A stretch of 62,071 nt of DNA, filler included, from Chiloscyllium plagiosum (GCF_004010195.1; 5 parts of one record of this genome joined end to end with filler, not necessarily neighbours in it), one strand, 5' to 3'; positions 25,262 to 39,300 are shown, counted from the first letter of the whole stretch. The notes: a model not told the origin generated them from the letters alone. Numbers and translations: made by a program.

Positions 25262-25361
25262 NNNNNNNNNNNNNNNNNNNNNNNNNNNNNNNNNNNNNNN
25301 NNNNNTTAATTAATTAANNNNNNNNNNNNNNNNNNNNNNNNNNNNNNNNNNNNNNNNNNNN
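25262..25361. other. Artificial 100-bp scaffold spacer N44-TTAATTAATTAA-N44 (also 39656-39755, 46578-46677, 52742-52841)
   Basis: The same 12-mer is centred in fixed-length N runs four times and gives TAA stops in all six frames. Plain N gaps lie at 26859-27358, 50289-50788 and 57309-57554. Confidence 0.95.
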
Positions 25362-25579
25362 CGCTCTCTGTTCCTAGCCTCACTAGCCCGTGGTGCCAGT
25401 CGAATGCTAAAGTTGCTATTCTGCACATCCGTGAACAAGAACACCCAGGTGCTTCTGCACATCAACATGCTGTATTTATTCCCCGTTTAAACAATGGTCC
25501 ATTTTGCTGTTATTCTCAACAAAACAGACGACCCTCCATTTCCCTACATCATACTCCATCTGTCATATCCTTGCTCACT

Positions 25580-25895
25580 CACAGTGCTTGGGACCTCGGT
25601 TTCATTCTTTGAGCGACTGCCAGTGTAGAGTTTGCACATTCTCCTGTCTGTGTGGGTTTTTTCGCGTGCTCTGGTTTCCTCCCATAGTCCAAAGGTGTGC
25701 AGGTTAGGTGGATTGGACATGATAAATTGCTCATAGTGTCCAGGGATGTGCTGATTTGGTGGTCTGGCTACTGGAAATGTAGAGTTGAAGCGGGATAGGG
25801 TAGATGGCGTGGGTCTGTGTGAGATTCTCTTCAGAGTATCGTTGTGAATATGACGGGCTGAATCATCTACTTCAACGCTGTCGGGATTCTGTGAT
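25580..25895 (+). mobile_element. HE1/V-SINE, degenerate
   Basis: gtagagtttgcacattctcc...ggtttcctcccatagtccaaaggtgtgcaggttaggtggattgg V-domain. Confidence 0.75.
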
Positions 25896-26215
25896 ACATC
25901 TCTACAATCCTATATCATCATTTATCAGATTGGTAAATGTACACAGATACTTTCGCACAATCATCTGGCTACTCTGACTGTAAGCATAACCAATTTTCAC
26001 AATTGGGTTTGTCATTCATTTGCACAAGCTTCTTTCAGTTCAAAAGGGAAGAAATATAGCAACTTCCTGCTACAATGTCCAACTCAGCGAAACATCAAAG
26101 GATTTGGTGTACATTGGCCAAGGAATACTTTTAAGACCCAAACGTTGCTCACCAAACACAGTGTAAATACAGAAATCAGGTGGTAATGCTATCAGGGCCG
26201 GGTAGCTCAGCCTGT

Positions 26216-26858
26216 GAGTGTGTGTTTGTGTGTATGTGTGTGCGTATGTGTGTTGATTTGAATTTGTGGGTGAAAGATATCTCTTATGAAAGTTAAAAGC
26301 TAACAGTGTCGCCACCAAGTGTTCTCAAGAAGACAAAATGTAACATGTGCTCCAGGTACTGGAGACGTTGGTTCCCTGGAAATGGCAAAAAAAATGAATT
26401 AATCCAATAAGTTAAATTATATCCTGAAAAATGCCAAATTCCAAACCAGTTTTTATTGATTGCATTGACAATCGTACAAGCCAATGAACTAATCCAATGA
26501 TGCAGTCACCTGTGAAGCAGAATTTCGAAGGAGAAGAAAAGAAGGCACAGGAAGATCCAAATCTTAGAACCAAAAGCTGCCTGGTTTTGATATAAGAAGT
26601 TTTGTTTTCGAACAAAGAACATAGAACATAGAAAAGTACAGCACAGAACAGGCCCCCTAGACAACGAAACTGTGCCGAGATTTAATCCGAATGTAAAATA
26701 TAGTAACTTAATCTACGCACCCCTCAACTCACTGCTATCCATGTACATGTCCAGCAGTCGCTGAAATGTCACCAATGACTCTGCTTCCACCACCACAGCT
26801 GGCAACGCATTCCACGCTTTCACTATCTCTGCGTGAAGAACCTACCTCTGAAGTCCTC
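26216..26858 (+). repeat. Duplicated block, paralog of 39756-40499, including a minus-strand CR1 3' end with (catagaa)n tail
   Basis: Matching sequence and ORF translations (26293-26484 vs 39822-40013). Confidence 0.9.
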
Positions 26859-27358
26859 NNNNNNNNNNNNNNNNNNNNNNNNNNNNNNNNNNNNNNNNNN
26901 NNNNNNNNNNNNNNNNNNNNNNNNNNNNNNNNNNNNNNNNNNNNNNNNNNNNNNNNNNNNNNNNNNNNNNNNNNNNNNNNNNNNNNNNNNNNNNNNNNNN
27001 NNNNNNNNNNNNNNNNNNNNNNNNNNNNNNNNNNNNNNNNNNNNNNNNNNNNNNNNNNNNNNNNNNNNNNNNNNNNNNNNNNNNNNNNNNNNNNNNNNNN
27101 NNNNNNNNNNNNNNNNNNNNNNNNNNNNNNNNNNNNNNNNNNNNNNNNNNNNNNNNNNNNNNNNNNNNNNNNNNNNNNNNNNNNNNNNNNNNNNNNNNNN
27201 NNNNNNNNNNNNNNNNNNNNNNNNNNNNNNNNNNNNNNNNNNNNNNNNNNNNNNNNNNNNNNNNNNNNNNNNNNNNNNNNNNNNNNNNNNNNNNNNNNNN
27301 NNNNNNNNNNNNNNNNNNNNNNNNNNNNNNNNNNNNNNNNNNNNNNNNNNNNNNNNNN

Positions 27359-30300
27359 TATATTCTGACGATTTCTGAATTACCAGAATGTGTGCTGCTC
27401 AATATTGGTATGTGTTAAATCTTATCTATTCATTGTCCATTAAACTCATAATAACGCGTCTGCTATTACAGACGTACAAAGCACAACACGTACTATTTGC
27501 AAATTAAAAGTTTGTACTGGAAGACTCCAACGAAATATTCTCATACATTGCCTCTCAATCGTTCCAAAAATGTAGAAGGACTGTGATCCATGTAAACAAC
27601 CGTCTCTGACAGGTTGTTTGTCAAATGCACATTAAAATGTTGGAAGACCAGTACCAAGCACAACAAATCCTATTTTATCTGGTTGTTGTTAACTTACTTG
27701 GAAAAGTAACCAACCGGCCGTCCAATTCGATCATCATCTCCTTGAAGCACTATAAATCGAACTCCAATGTCGGCAGCATTATTTTCTAATTTGAAGAATT
27801 TCAATTGGTGTGCCTAAAATTGGTGCAGTTTTCAACACTCCTTTTAAATTGTCAAATGATTCGTGGAATTGTTCTGTCCACTGAAATTTTGACTCCTTCT
27901 TCAGCAAATCTGTTAACGGTGCCACGATGCTGCTGAAGTTTGGAAGAAGTTTCTAGTAGAATCCGCTCAATCCTAAGATTTGAAGCACCGCTTTCTTCGA
28001 ACATGATCAGTTTCGAGTGAGTGGCCTCCTCCCTTTACAATGTAAGAGACTCGAGAGGCTAAATGTCCTCGCAATTTTCCAACGTAAGAGACTTTCGAGG
28101 CTGAAGGCTCTCCCCTGTTTCTCTCAAGAAACGCAAGACTCAAGAGGCTAAATGTACCCATCTAGTTGCTGATGGAGCTCCTTCAGTGATAGAGTCAAAG
28201 AAATTTCAGCACGGAAACAGATCCACTTCCCCAAAGCATCCATGTCAAACAGATATCGTAACTTAATTTCCTCCCATTTGTCAGTATTTGGCCCATGCTT
28301 TCTCATCCCTTCCCACTCATGTACTCATCCATTTGCCCTTTTAATTGGAATTGTACCTTCTATTTTGGCTTGTCATTTCTATCAATATATGCGCAATCCT
28401 CTGCGCGAAAATGTTGCCCGTCTGGTCTTTTTCTTTATGTTCAACCTACACACTCTACTTTCCAAGATCCTCTCTGGTAAAAGGGATTTTGCATTCACTA
28501 TGTCATAACTCTGTGATCTGCCTGTATTGCTGGCAAGACAAAGCTTTTCACTGTGCCTCAGTATACGTGACAATAAATTCAATTCAATTCAAATCAGTTC
28601 AATTAAATTTCGTTCTATCCATGCACTTCATGGTTTTCTACACTATCATACCTTCAAACATCAGGTTCAGATTCTACAGGAAAAAACCCCAACCACTTCA
28701 GCCTTCAACTAAAGCAACAGACTTCCAAATCTTTTATGAACTCTTCCAGATTTAGCAGCATCTTCCCCATAGCAGAGAGATTAGAATTGAGCGCGGTATT
28801 CCGAGACGGCTTAATTAATGCCCTGTACAGATGTAACATGTAGCCCCAATGCCCATGTTCAAAGCATTGACCAATAAAGGCGTCCCAAATGCCTTCTGCA
28901 TTAAATTGCCCGCCCTGACTCTACCTGCAACGAACCTACACACGTGTGGAATGGCTTCTCAATGTGATCCCCTGCTGCCTCACAACGTATGGGATCTGGG
29001 TTTGATTCCACCCAGGATGAATGTTTATTTGGAGTTTGCAGATTCACACTGTTTCTGCGTCGTTTCTCCCAGGGCTCCATAATCCTTACAGAGTCCAAAT
29101 ATATGCAGGCTTGGTGGAATAGAAATGGGGATTGTAGGGCTACGGGAACAGAATAGAGGTGTGTCTATTGGGATGTTCTTTTGAAGGTTGATATGGGCCT
29201 CATAGGCCGAATGGCCGTTTCTTCATCAGGGATGCTGTGACTTCGATGATGAACTCTTTGTTGGCATCACTCCCCAGGTGCCTACCATTTATTGCCGAAC
29301 TCCTGCGTTGATTTGCCTTATCAATTTTCTGCACCTCCCATATGATTAAACTAAACCCCATGTGCCACCCCTGAGCCCATTAGCCCTTCTAATTAATACC
29401 CTTTGTGCTCTAAGATAATTCTTTCACAAATTATATTTATAGAGAGTTATATAGATTACAGGAGTGAACACATACATTGTTGGTGGTGTTCAACACCAAA
29501 GAGGTTTGGTGTTGACTGCAAAGTTACCAGCTATTCCTCCAAAATTCAAATCCAAATCAGCATTATAAAATGCAAAGTACAGTAAAAACTGTCCCACTGC
29601 TGGTCACAGGCCTTCATTCCGTTTTGAAGAACACTCCATCATCATGATCTGGCTCCTGCCTTTAAGCAGATTTTGTGTCGAAAAAGCTAGCTGTCCCTCG
29701 ATTCCATGTCACCTAAACTTGCTAAAAAGTCCATCATGTGGAACCTTGTCGAAAACCATAACGAAGTCCATATAGACAATGATTCATAATTAGCCTTCAT
29801 CGATATTCTTTGTCACCTCTTCAAAAAACGTATTCAAGATAGTCAAACATGATTTCCCACTCACAAAGCCAATTTTGATTATTCGTAATCTGTCATTGCC
29901 TACCCAATACGTTTGGAGTATGTCCCTCAGAAACCCCTCCAACACTGACATACCACTTATGTCAGACTCATCCATTCTATAGTTTCCTGGTTTTTCCTTA
30001 CCACCTTTCTTAAGTAATAGAACAACGAATGCCAAACCCAGGTTTACTGCACCTCACCCGTGGCTCTCAATGATATAACTCTCACAGTATATTTTCAGAA
30101 ATTTTCTAAAATGTCAAATAATAGGTTATTGCAAAACATGGGAGCTGCTTGTTTAGGGAGTAATATATGAGGATGGATTAACAGTTGGTGAACAAACAGA
30201 AGTCAGAGCTGGGAATAATTTATTTTTATCCAGAGGCTGAGACGTGCGCTTATAGAGCATCATAACGTCATTTGGAACATGGATATGATAAATAGCCAAA

Positions 30301-33300
30301 GTATTTTCCATGGATTGGGAGAGTCCAGAATTAGAATACATAGGTATTGGGTGACAGGGGAAAGATATTAAAAGAAATAAGGCGCAACTTTTTCATGCAG
30401 ATGGTGGTATGTGTATGGAATGAGCTGCCAGAGGACGTGGTGGAGGCGAGTACAATTGCCACATTTAAAAAGGATCTGGATGAGAATATGGATATGAAGT
30501 GTTTGGAGGCTGGGTGCTGGCAGGTGGAATTACATTGGGTTGGGATATCTGGTCAACATGGACAAGTTGGACTGAAGGGTCTGTTTCCGTGCTGCATATG
30601 TCTATGAAAATATGACTATGACTAAACTAGTGGAGGACCAAAAAAAAGAGATCTTCAATTATTTCAGATCCATATGATTAACTCGCAGCGGGCAGAATGC
30701 AATGCATTAATATTGACTGATAATTCGAAAGTAAAGCATTCGGGTATGTTGTGTTGGGGTCACAAATTATATTTATAGAGAGTTAGATAGATTACAGGAG
30801 TGAACACATACATTGTTGGTGGTGTTCAATACCCAAAAACAGTGACATAACTTGATCGGAGGAATCAAAATTCTTGCTCATTGTTCAAATTAAAAGCAAG
30901 TCCAAAGATAATGGAGCATAAAGAGACCTGAGTATTCTTGTACATAAAACTCCATATGGCACTACCTCGGTGCAGCAAGTAATGAAGACAGAATGGAATT
31001 TTGAGTCGTTTTGTGAGGGATCTTTTTTTGTAAAATTTAAATGGCTAGTCTTAGTTTAACTTCAATGGTGTTGGTAAGATTGCCCCTTGGAGTCTTAATC
31101 CCATACTTTAGAGAGGACATGCCAGTATTGGAGGCGATTTAATAGAGATTGACGAGGCTGATTCGTGAAATGACAGTTTAAAATATTCAAGAGTTGCAGG
31201 TTAATTTTTTTATGCTTTAAAGGTTGGAATAATATCGGATGATAGATTTCCTAGTTATAACTCAGAGGGGGCTTGAAGGTTAGGTGTTAAGAAGATGCTT
31301 CCACTTGTGTTTGATTCTAGAAGTAGGGGAGTAAATCAAAAACAATTTAGCGGCCACTAATTGAAAACCAAGATGTACAGATATTGCATCTCTCAGATGT
31401 TAATAAACATTTGGACTTCTCTACTTCAGGGAGTTGTTCCGTTGGAGACTTGTTCCGTTGGAGTTCCAGTATGGAGACAGGTGACTTTACCCCCCTTGGT
31501 CTGTATTGCTGCTTATGTTCAACATAATACGCTACCGACTCACGTGATCTAAAACTAATAGCATTTTGCATTTTTTCTCCTTCAAACATTTGCAGAGTTT
31601 CTCTGTCCGATGTATATTTCATTACATACATGAAGGAAGCTCTTTGGCCCATTATACTATTGCGAGCTGTTGACATGTAAAGTCTGCTCCATGTAATGGC
31701 AATGTCCAATTTTGGGCTATTAGGTGTCCACATTGCTGATGAAGGGCTTATGTCAAAATGTCAATTCCTGCTCCTCAAATGCTGCCTGACCTGCTGTGCT
31801 TTCCCAGTACCACACTTTCGATTCCCTTTTTCTGTCTATTCAACTCATCAAAATCTTTCTTGCGATTTCTCAGCTAACTTTAATAATGACTGCCAAAGCA
31901 TTAGTAACACCTACTCCCCCATAAGTTGAAAACATCTTCTCTACATCTGTCTGGCCAATGGTCTTGTTTATTTCAAAGTGCATTATTCAGTCGTCTCTCC
32001 ATTTTCTCTTTTCTTGAGGAAAGTCTGTCAAGTTTGCTCATTTGCGCAAAGTTAAAAATTCACAATTTTGAGTATCATTCTTTAAAACTTTCTTTGCAAC
32101 TCCTGTAATATTCTCATGTGCAATCCACAGATTGGACCGATGCACAGTACACCCAGAAAGGTCTGACAGTTGGAAAATAGGAAAGCGCCTGCTGCACAGT
32201 AATACCTGATATCCAAATTGGAACATTCCCTTGTTCATTCATTTCACACATGCAGTCAGCTGTGCATCCGTCATAACTTCACTATTGGTGCTGGTTTGCT
32301 GAGGTTGAGCTGTATTGCTTGAGGAAGCGAAAGTTTAGAGGAATTTTGGTGGAGAACCTCAAAATCGTGAGGGGCCTGGACGAAGTAGATAAGGAGGAGT
32401 GGATCTCAATTGACGGAGGATTCGAGAACAAAATATCACTGAATTCGAACAAAAGTGGCAAAAGAAGCAATGGGGACACTAGGAAACGTGTTATCATGGA
32501 TCAAGCGGTTAATATTTAGAATGCTCTGCTGATGCGTGCAATGGAAGAAGATTCATTCGAGCAAGTAAGGATAATGGCATGAAAAGGAAGCTTATGCAGG
32601 AATATTGACAGAGTGAGCAGGTGAATTGCTTATTAAGACAATCAGCAAAGAAAAGAAACGATTAACTCATGTCAACTCACATCCTGTAACACTCTGCCAT
32701 ATGCCTGAGGAAGAAAATCGAAGGGGTCTCTTTAAGGAACTGATAACAGAACGAATTATATTTTGCTGGAATTCTGGAGTGTGTGGGGTGCTAACGTGGT
32801 ACTGTGAAAATGAATTCAGAATTTATTATCTGACAACTTTGCTTGCTTTCATGAATTTGTCAGAAGATTTCCATCATCCTTTAAACTGTGAATGGGCCAC
32901 CGTTGCTAAAACTTATGCTTGGAATATTGTTTTCAAGAAGAGAATTGATACTTTGCCGTTGGGAAACAGAATTTGCTGACTGCCTCTTTTCTAGACTTTC
33001 AAGTGTTTCCTGGTGAATTGATGCCTAAGACCATTCTGAAATATTCAAGATAGTTAAGGAAGTTAACCGTGTAAATGGAAAGTGGTTGTTTCCCCTCATA
33101 GGAGAGTCTGGTACCAGATGGCAGAATATCCGAATATGGAGTCATATATTTATGGCAAAATGAGAGGGGTATCCATTTTTCCTATCAAAGGGTAGTGAAC
33201 ATGTTTAGAGCATTGCTTAGTTCACTTAGCTCGATGGATAATTTGTAATGCAGGGGGATGTCAAAAGCATGGCGTCAATGCTCTTGCTGCCTGGGGTTGC

Positions 33301-36300
33301 CATTCAGGATGATCCATCTCAACGTCTCTCATTGCCTGATGCGTGATGTCTCTCAGTTTATACCAGCACCAGTCATCTCTCCATCTTGTGAGACCAGCCC
33401 TATGTCCGGCAGGACCAAGACAACATTAATGAAATAACTCCCCAGAGCCCGGTAACCTATCAATAAGATATTATTTAATTACACGTAAAGAGTCCTCGAC
33501 AATGATCTGGCTTCCTCAGAGGCTGGTCGCAGGGTGAAAACAGGGCCCCACCGGGCACTCCTGTTAATAGCTGTCAGTTTGGACTCCCAGATTGGCCCAG
33601 GTTAACTGCCCCAATGAGGAGGTTCATGTTCGGTGGTCTACCAGGCTGACCACGTTCCAATCACTACATTTAACTTTCGTGCTTATGTGGAATTCAATAG
33701 CTCAGAGAACTGTTGAGATTGGTTCACTGTGTGCATTCAAGGATTAGATGGACCTTTTTAACCGGTAAGATAATCAAGTATAAAAGAGGAGATAGTGTAC
33801 TTAACGGTTATCAGGTCAGCCAGAAATGATCGAACAGCCTCGATGGGCTCAGTGGATACCTCTGCAATTCAGGGAATTGTGCATGTGCTGCCTTCCCAAC
33901 TGCACAACTCTATCTGTCTCTCCACAAACCTTTGTGTCGTCTGCAAGCTTAGCCATGATAGCCTCAGCTCCTTTACGCGGATTATTAACACACTACGTGT
34001 AGTTTGTCAATTTATCTCAGAAACACCAGCCAATTCTGCTCTATCATCTTCCCTGCAGGACTCCCCTTCCACTTCACTCTGGCCAGCTCCTCCGCCATGT
34101 CGTCGTTGCTGCTTTTTGTCAACGGGATTATTAGATCTGATTCCATCTTCTCCCTCTCAGATTGAAAAGTGACCGCGATCGCATTATGTTTTCTTCCCCC
34201 AGTGGTTCCTTCACCTTCAGCTCTGTAATCATGTCTGCCTCATTTTACATCACCAAACCCAGAACTGTCATTTCCCCAATGGGTTCTACCATTAGTTTGT
34301 CCAAACAAAATCTCGTTAACTTTCCACAAATTCCATTTCCTGGGATCTGCTTCCAATCTGATTTTTACAGTCCACCTTGATACTGAAGTCCTACGTTACT
34401 TTTTGCAGTAGTTCCTTTATCACATACCTTTACTATCTCCTGATTTATCTTCTGCCTCACAAACTGACTACTACAAACTTCCATTAGGACTTTTTCTTTT
34501 CATTTCCAGTTCCTTAAATAAGCCCACGTGGATTCTTTGCCTTCTCAACCTTGTACCACAGTTCTTGCTATTAATTTAATTTAACTCTGACAGAGCAGGG
34601 ATCTCGACCCACTCTGTCGATGCGTGTGCCCTACTAAAGAGTATCCTACTCTTGGATATTTATTTCCCAGCGCTGATCCTCGTGCAACTACGCCTCTAAG
34701 ATATACACCATTTGGCACCCACCAAATGCAATATGACCTACAAGTTCATTAACTCTACTTGTTGTCCTGGGTATATTTAAGTACAAAACACTGCATTAAA
34801 TTTGTCCCTTCCTCTGCTTGATTCTTTTTTACTGTATCTGAAGATAGATTACTGTCACGCCACATACGCTGTCTGCACCGTTTCTTGTTCTGAAAACTTT
34901 ATAAACCTCTCCGAAACTGTGCCCGCCTTTAATCAAAGGCAACGATGTAGATGCTGCAATTGCTTAAAAAAAGGAAGGTGAGTCAAATGAAATGACATCT
35001 AATTGAAAGTGAAACACGATAACTTTCCAATGAATGCATGTCTTTGATTAGTATACTTACGATAGTTTTAAAATAATATTAACGTTTACGTTTGATGGAA
35101 TATATCATTCGGAGAGACCTTTATTTTGTAAATGGACCCTGATCACATGTTGAAGAAAGCTAATGTCGAAAGTTCCCGAGTGTTCTCTGGTCAGTGACAT
35201 AAATCAAAGGGGTTAGCTGACTGAAACTCCATGTAACATTGAGATCCGGACACCATCAGATCACAACTGATGTTTTTGAATGATGGAGCAGATTGGAAGG
35301 ACAGACTGATCTCACAATGCATTTGAAAAGTATGCATTTGTGCGTTTGAAAAAACAAATAGTATCTGCCCAATTTGTGTGTCGCATATGGGGGAAGTGCG
35401 ACGTTTCCTGAAACTAGGAATTGTCGAGAACATCATCTGAAATGTTCGATAAATGACATCATCGAGAAAGTTCAGGAAGTGGCATTCTCTCCAACATTCT
35501 CTAACTGACATTCACCAACTTAATTGAACAAATGATTAGATACCGACGGAAGAGATGCCATTACAGGGACAGGTAGACACTGTTCACAAGTACCCTCGGG
35601 CATTTGAAGGGGTGAATGTGTTTTCAATGCATTTATAATTCTTCACGACAGAGGATTGAGGACAATTTAGACGAGAAGAAAGATATTTCCGAACTCCGTT
35701 TTACTTCGTGGAATTGTGAGAAAATCGTTCGTGTTGACAATGCTTTCCCCTTCCGCATTAAGAACAGTGATGTCGTAATAATGTCTATTGTCGAGTGACC
35801 AACTGTGCGGAAATGTTATAGATACAGTCTGTTCTTATGGTTGTGTGTCTGTGTGTTTTGGAAGGGAGTCTTTCTTGTCCTTTGCATCACATTTATTTAA
35901 GAAATTCAGAACTTCCCATTTGTAATTTCAGCTGCAATCATTTCAATAAATCTCTGAATACAGTGAAACTTTTTATGTCTCCCCATTTATCCTCAATCGA
36001 ACTGGTAAATGTGCCTCCAGGGTGATGTATAATTTGTTTGTTTTCTATGCTTAAAGTTCATGTATTGACGGTCTTCGTCCTGCTTTATAAGGATTGTGGA
36101 ATGTCTCGATGTGTTAAACGTTACCAGGGAGCGATGGCGATTGGCGGATCTACTGTTCATTAACTTCGACCTGATATTGATACACATTCCCATTGCTTAT
36201 CAAGAACATTTTCATTTCATGGAGTCCATTCCTGTGTGCAATATTCACGCCGTCCTGCTTTATGCAGGCACTGACCGTTCAGTCTGGTTCACCGTCACTT

Positions 36301-39300
36301 TCACCTTTGATAGAGTTGTAGCCGTTTGTTGCCAGAAGCTGAAAGTTAAATATTGCAGTGAGAAAATGGCGGCTGTGGTTCTGGGAACAGTGACTGTGCT
36401 GAGCTGTTTAAAGAACATTTACTGGTATTTTATGCTCGTACCTCGGTATTGGCTGTAGAACACACCCTGGTTTTATGATGGAACCTTAAACGTTCGTTCC
36501 TCTCTTGTGTGGGTCGCCATCGAGATTCTCCACCACATTCTGAATCCAGCTCTCCCATTTCTACTGATTCTGTTGCTCAATGTTTTAACCATCCGACACA
36601 TTTTGGTGACAAGCAGAGCCTGCAGGAGACTCCGTTCGCACAGAAATGGGGGTGTTCAGTGTGACACAGAAATGCAAAACCGAAAAAAGTCCATCATTTT
36701 ACTCTTTATGATCTCAGTCAATTTCATCTTGTTACGGTCAGCGTTATTGGTGCATACTATATGGTTCCGGACGTGATGGTTTGTTGTACGACTTGGTGTA
36801 TTTACATCCCTTTTTGCTGGAATTAGGTTTCCTGCTGCAGCTCCTCAGTTGCTGCACAAACACTGCAATATATTTCGTGACACAGACGAAGTTCAGACAA
36901 CAACTGAAGACTCTGTTGAAATATCCCTTTACCCAAATTCATTAAAGAATCATATTCACTCATTAATAACTCAATCCAAGTTTTTCTCGCATCAGTTCAA
37001 TATTTCAGCAATGAAGCAGCCTGTCGCTATATTACCAAACTGAGGACAATGCTGGTTTGTCCAATGTTATCGCACAGTTAGTGACAGTGGCACATTTCAA
37101 TGTTTCTCGCAACGCAGAGGCCAACTTGAAGAGGCACCATCCCATTGATTGTATCCATTATTTCAATTTGTAATTAATAGAATTGGTAATTTAAAAGTGC
37201 CAAGCTGCAGACTGAATGATATTGTTGTTTGTCTTTGTGTTGAAGAAGCTGAGCTGGAAAGAGGCTGAGTCGGCCCCATTGCCTGTTCCTCAGGGAAGGG
37301 GAGGGGAGCTGGGCAGAGGGGTTGGACTTAAGGAATTCTGTCTTTGCTTTCACTTCTGGATGAATCACGTCGACCTGGCCTCGGCATAATGCATCTCTCT
37401 CCCTTGTTTCATCACCTTCCATATCGCCCTCCCACTCTCACTAAGGCCTTCCCTCTCTCCTCCCAATTTCTCTCCCTTTTTCAAAGTCCCTCTCTACCTA
37501 ATTCTGTTTCACTCTCTTTGCTTCATGCACTGACTAACAGCCAGCCAATGCCCGTCAGTCCCAGTTTATTCAAACGTTCTATGCCTCAATTCCTTAAGTC
37601 CTCTCTAACTTTCTTTTGGCACAGGGCCACACAGTTTGGTGTGGAGCCACAGAATATGCCTGGGGAGCAGAATGTGGCGGAGGACAAAAACTGTTGGTAA
37701 AGGAACAGATTGGTGGTAGCGCTGCAAGCTGTTGGTTGGAGAAGAAATATGATTTTCGGTGAACAGTATTGTGTTGAGGCTATATTTCAGTGTCTTTTGG
37801 ACAGTGTTGGATGGGGTAACAGGCTGCTGCGAGGGCAAATCTCCAGATGTGGGAAAAGATTGAGTGTTTTCATCTGTCAGGGTTAAACATCGAGTCACTG
37901 AAGGACAAAACAGTGAAAGCAGATTGTGGTTGTGACAGCTAAGAAATCACACAAACAGTAAATTAGACTTGAGATATACAATCCGGAAGAGTGGAGCTGC
38001 GAATGTGATTGGACAACTGGAGCAATAACAGGAGCAGGCAGCACTATAAATATTCCAGACTGAATGTTGAGCGAAGACAGGACATCATTTCACCCGCTGG
38101 GGGAGCTATCTGTTTCCATTCTCAACAGAAGTATCCAGTTGATGAACAATCGTTCTGATTTCATTTGATTTATTGTTATCAAGTTTTCCGGAGTACAGGC
38201 TGATGATTCTGGTGTATCTTCTTATTGTGCCCTCTTCCTGAGGATCTCAGCTTCATGCATATCAGTCTTGAACCTCGGTATTGGCTGTAGAACACACTCC
38301 AAGCAATGTTAGGAAATCGCTGAAGGAACTGGAAATCACAGAAGCTGCAGACTTGACAACCTTCTAGCAAAAACAACGATTTCCACGTGCACTATTAAAA
38401 GTGTAGGAGTAAACCTAAGGAGATGGGTCACGCAGATAAAGCTAAAGATAATCTCAAGAGATTCTAAAGCTATATTAAGAGTAAGGGTTTGGCGAGGGAA
38501 ATCATAAGTCCTCTTAAAGATCTGCATGGACGTCTATATGTGCTGAACTGGCGATGGAGGACATTTTATATTATTATTCATCCTCAGTATTTACCGAGGA
38601 GAGAATAATGTGTGCCAAAGAACTAAGGGAACCAAGCAGTGATGGTTTGGATCATATACATAGTATAAGAGAATCGGTCTTTGCAGCCCAAAAGCACATT
38701 GAAGTGAATAAATCGCCCTATGCCTGATCAAGGCCATCCTCATTTGTTGTAGGAGGCTAAGGAATAAATTGAAGAAACCTTTCTAGAGGTGTTTGCTTCA
38801 TCTTTCCCCGGTGGTGACGTTCCGGAAGACTGGAAGGTCGTTAATGTTGTTCCATTGCTTTAGTAACGTATCAAAGACAGGACAGGGATCTGCATGCCAG
38901 TGAGCCCAATATCAGTGGTAGGCACGTTGTTGGACAGGATGCTGAGGGACAGGAACAACCAAAATGTGGATTGTTTAGGTCTGATGAGCGATCATTAACA
39001 TGGATTTATGCGTGGGACGTCATGACTGACAAATCATGAAGAGTGTTTTTCGAATAGCTAACCAAGAGGACAGATGACGGTTGGGAAGTCGATGTTGTCT
39101 GTACGGACTTCCGTGTCGTCTTTGATAAGGTGTCACATGGCAGTCCAGTCATGGAGATTAGGTCATTTTGGATCCAGGGAGAGTTAACGAATTGGAATCA
39201 AAATTGGATTGACGATAGGAAGCAGTGCTTGATTTTTGAAGTTTTGTTTCGCAGACTGCAAACCTGCGACTAGTGGTGTGCCCCACGGTTCGATGCTGGG

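Noticed and set aside
25306..25317. Palindromic TTAATTAATTAA recurring four times
   Set aside because: Always centred in identical 100-bp N spacers; an assembly linker with stops in six frames, not biology.
26766..27402. Long ORFs of 180-230 aa here and at 50129-50871 and 57184-57571
   Set aside because: They consist of X residues from N gaps.
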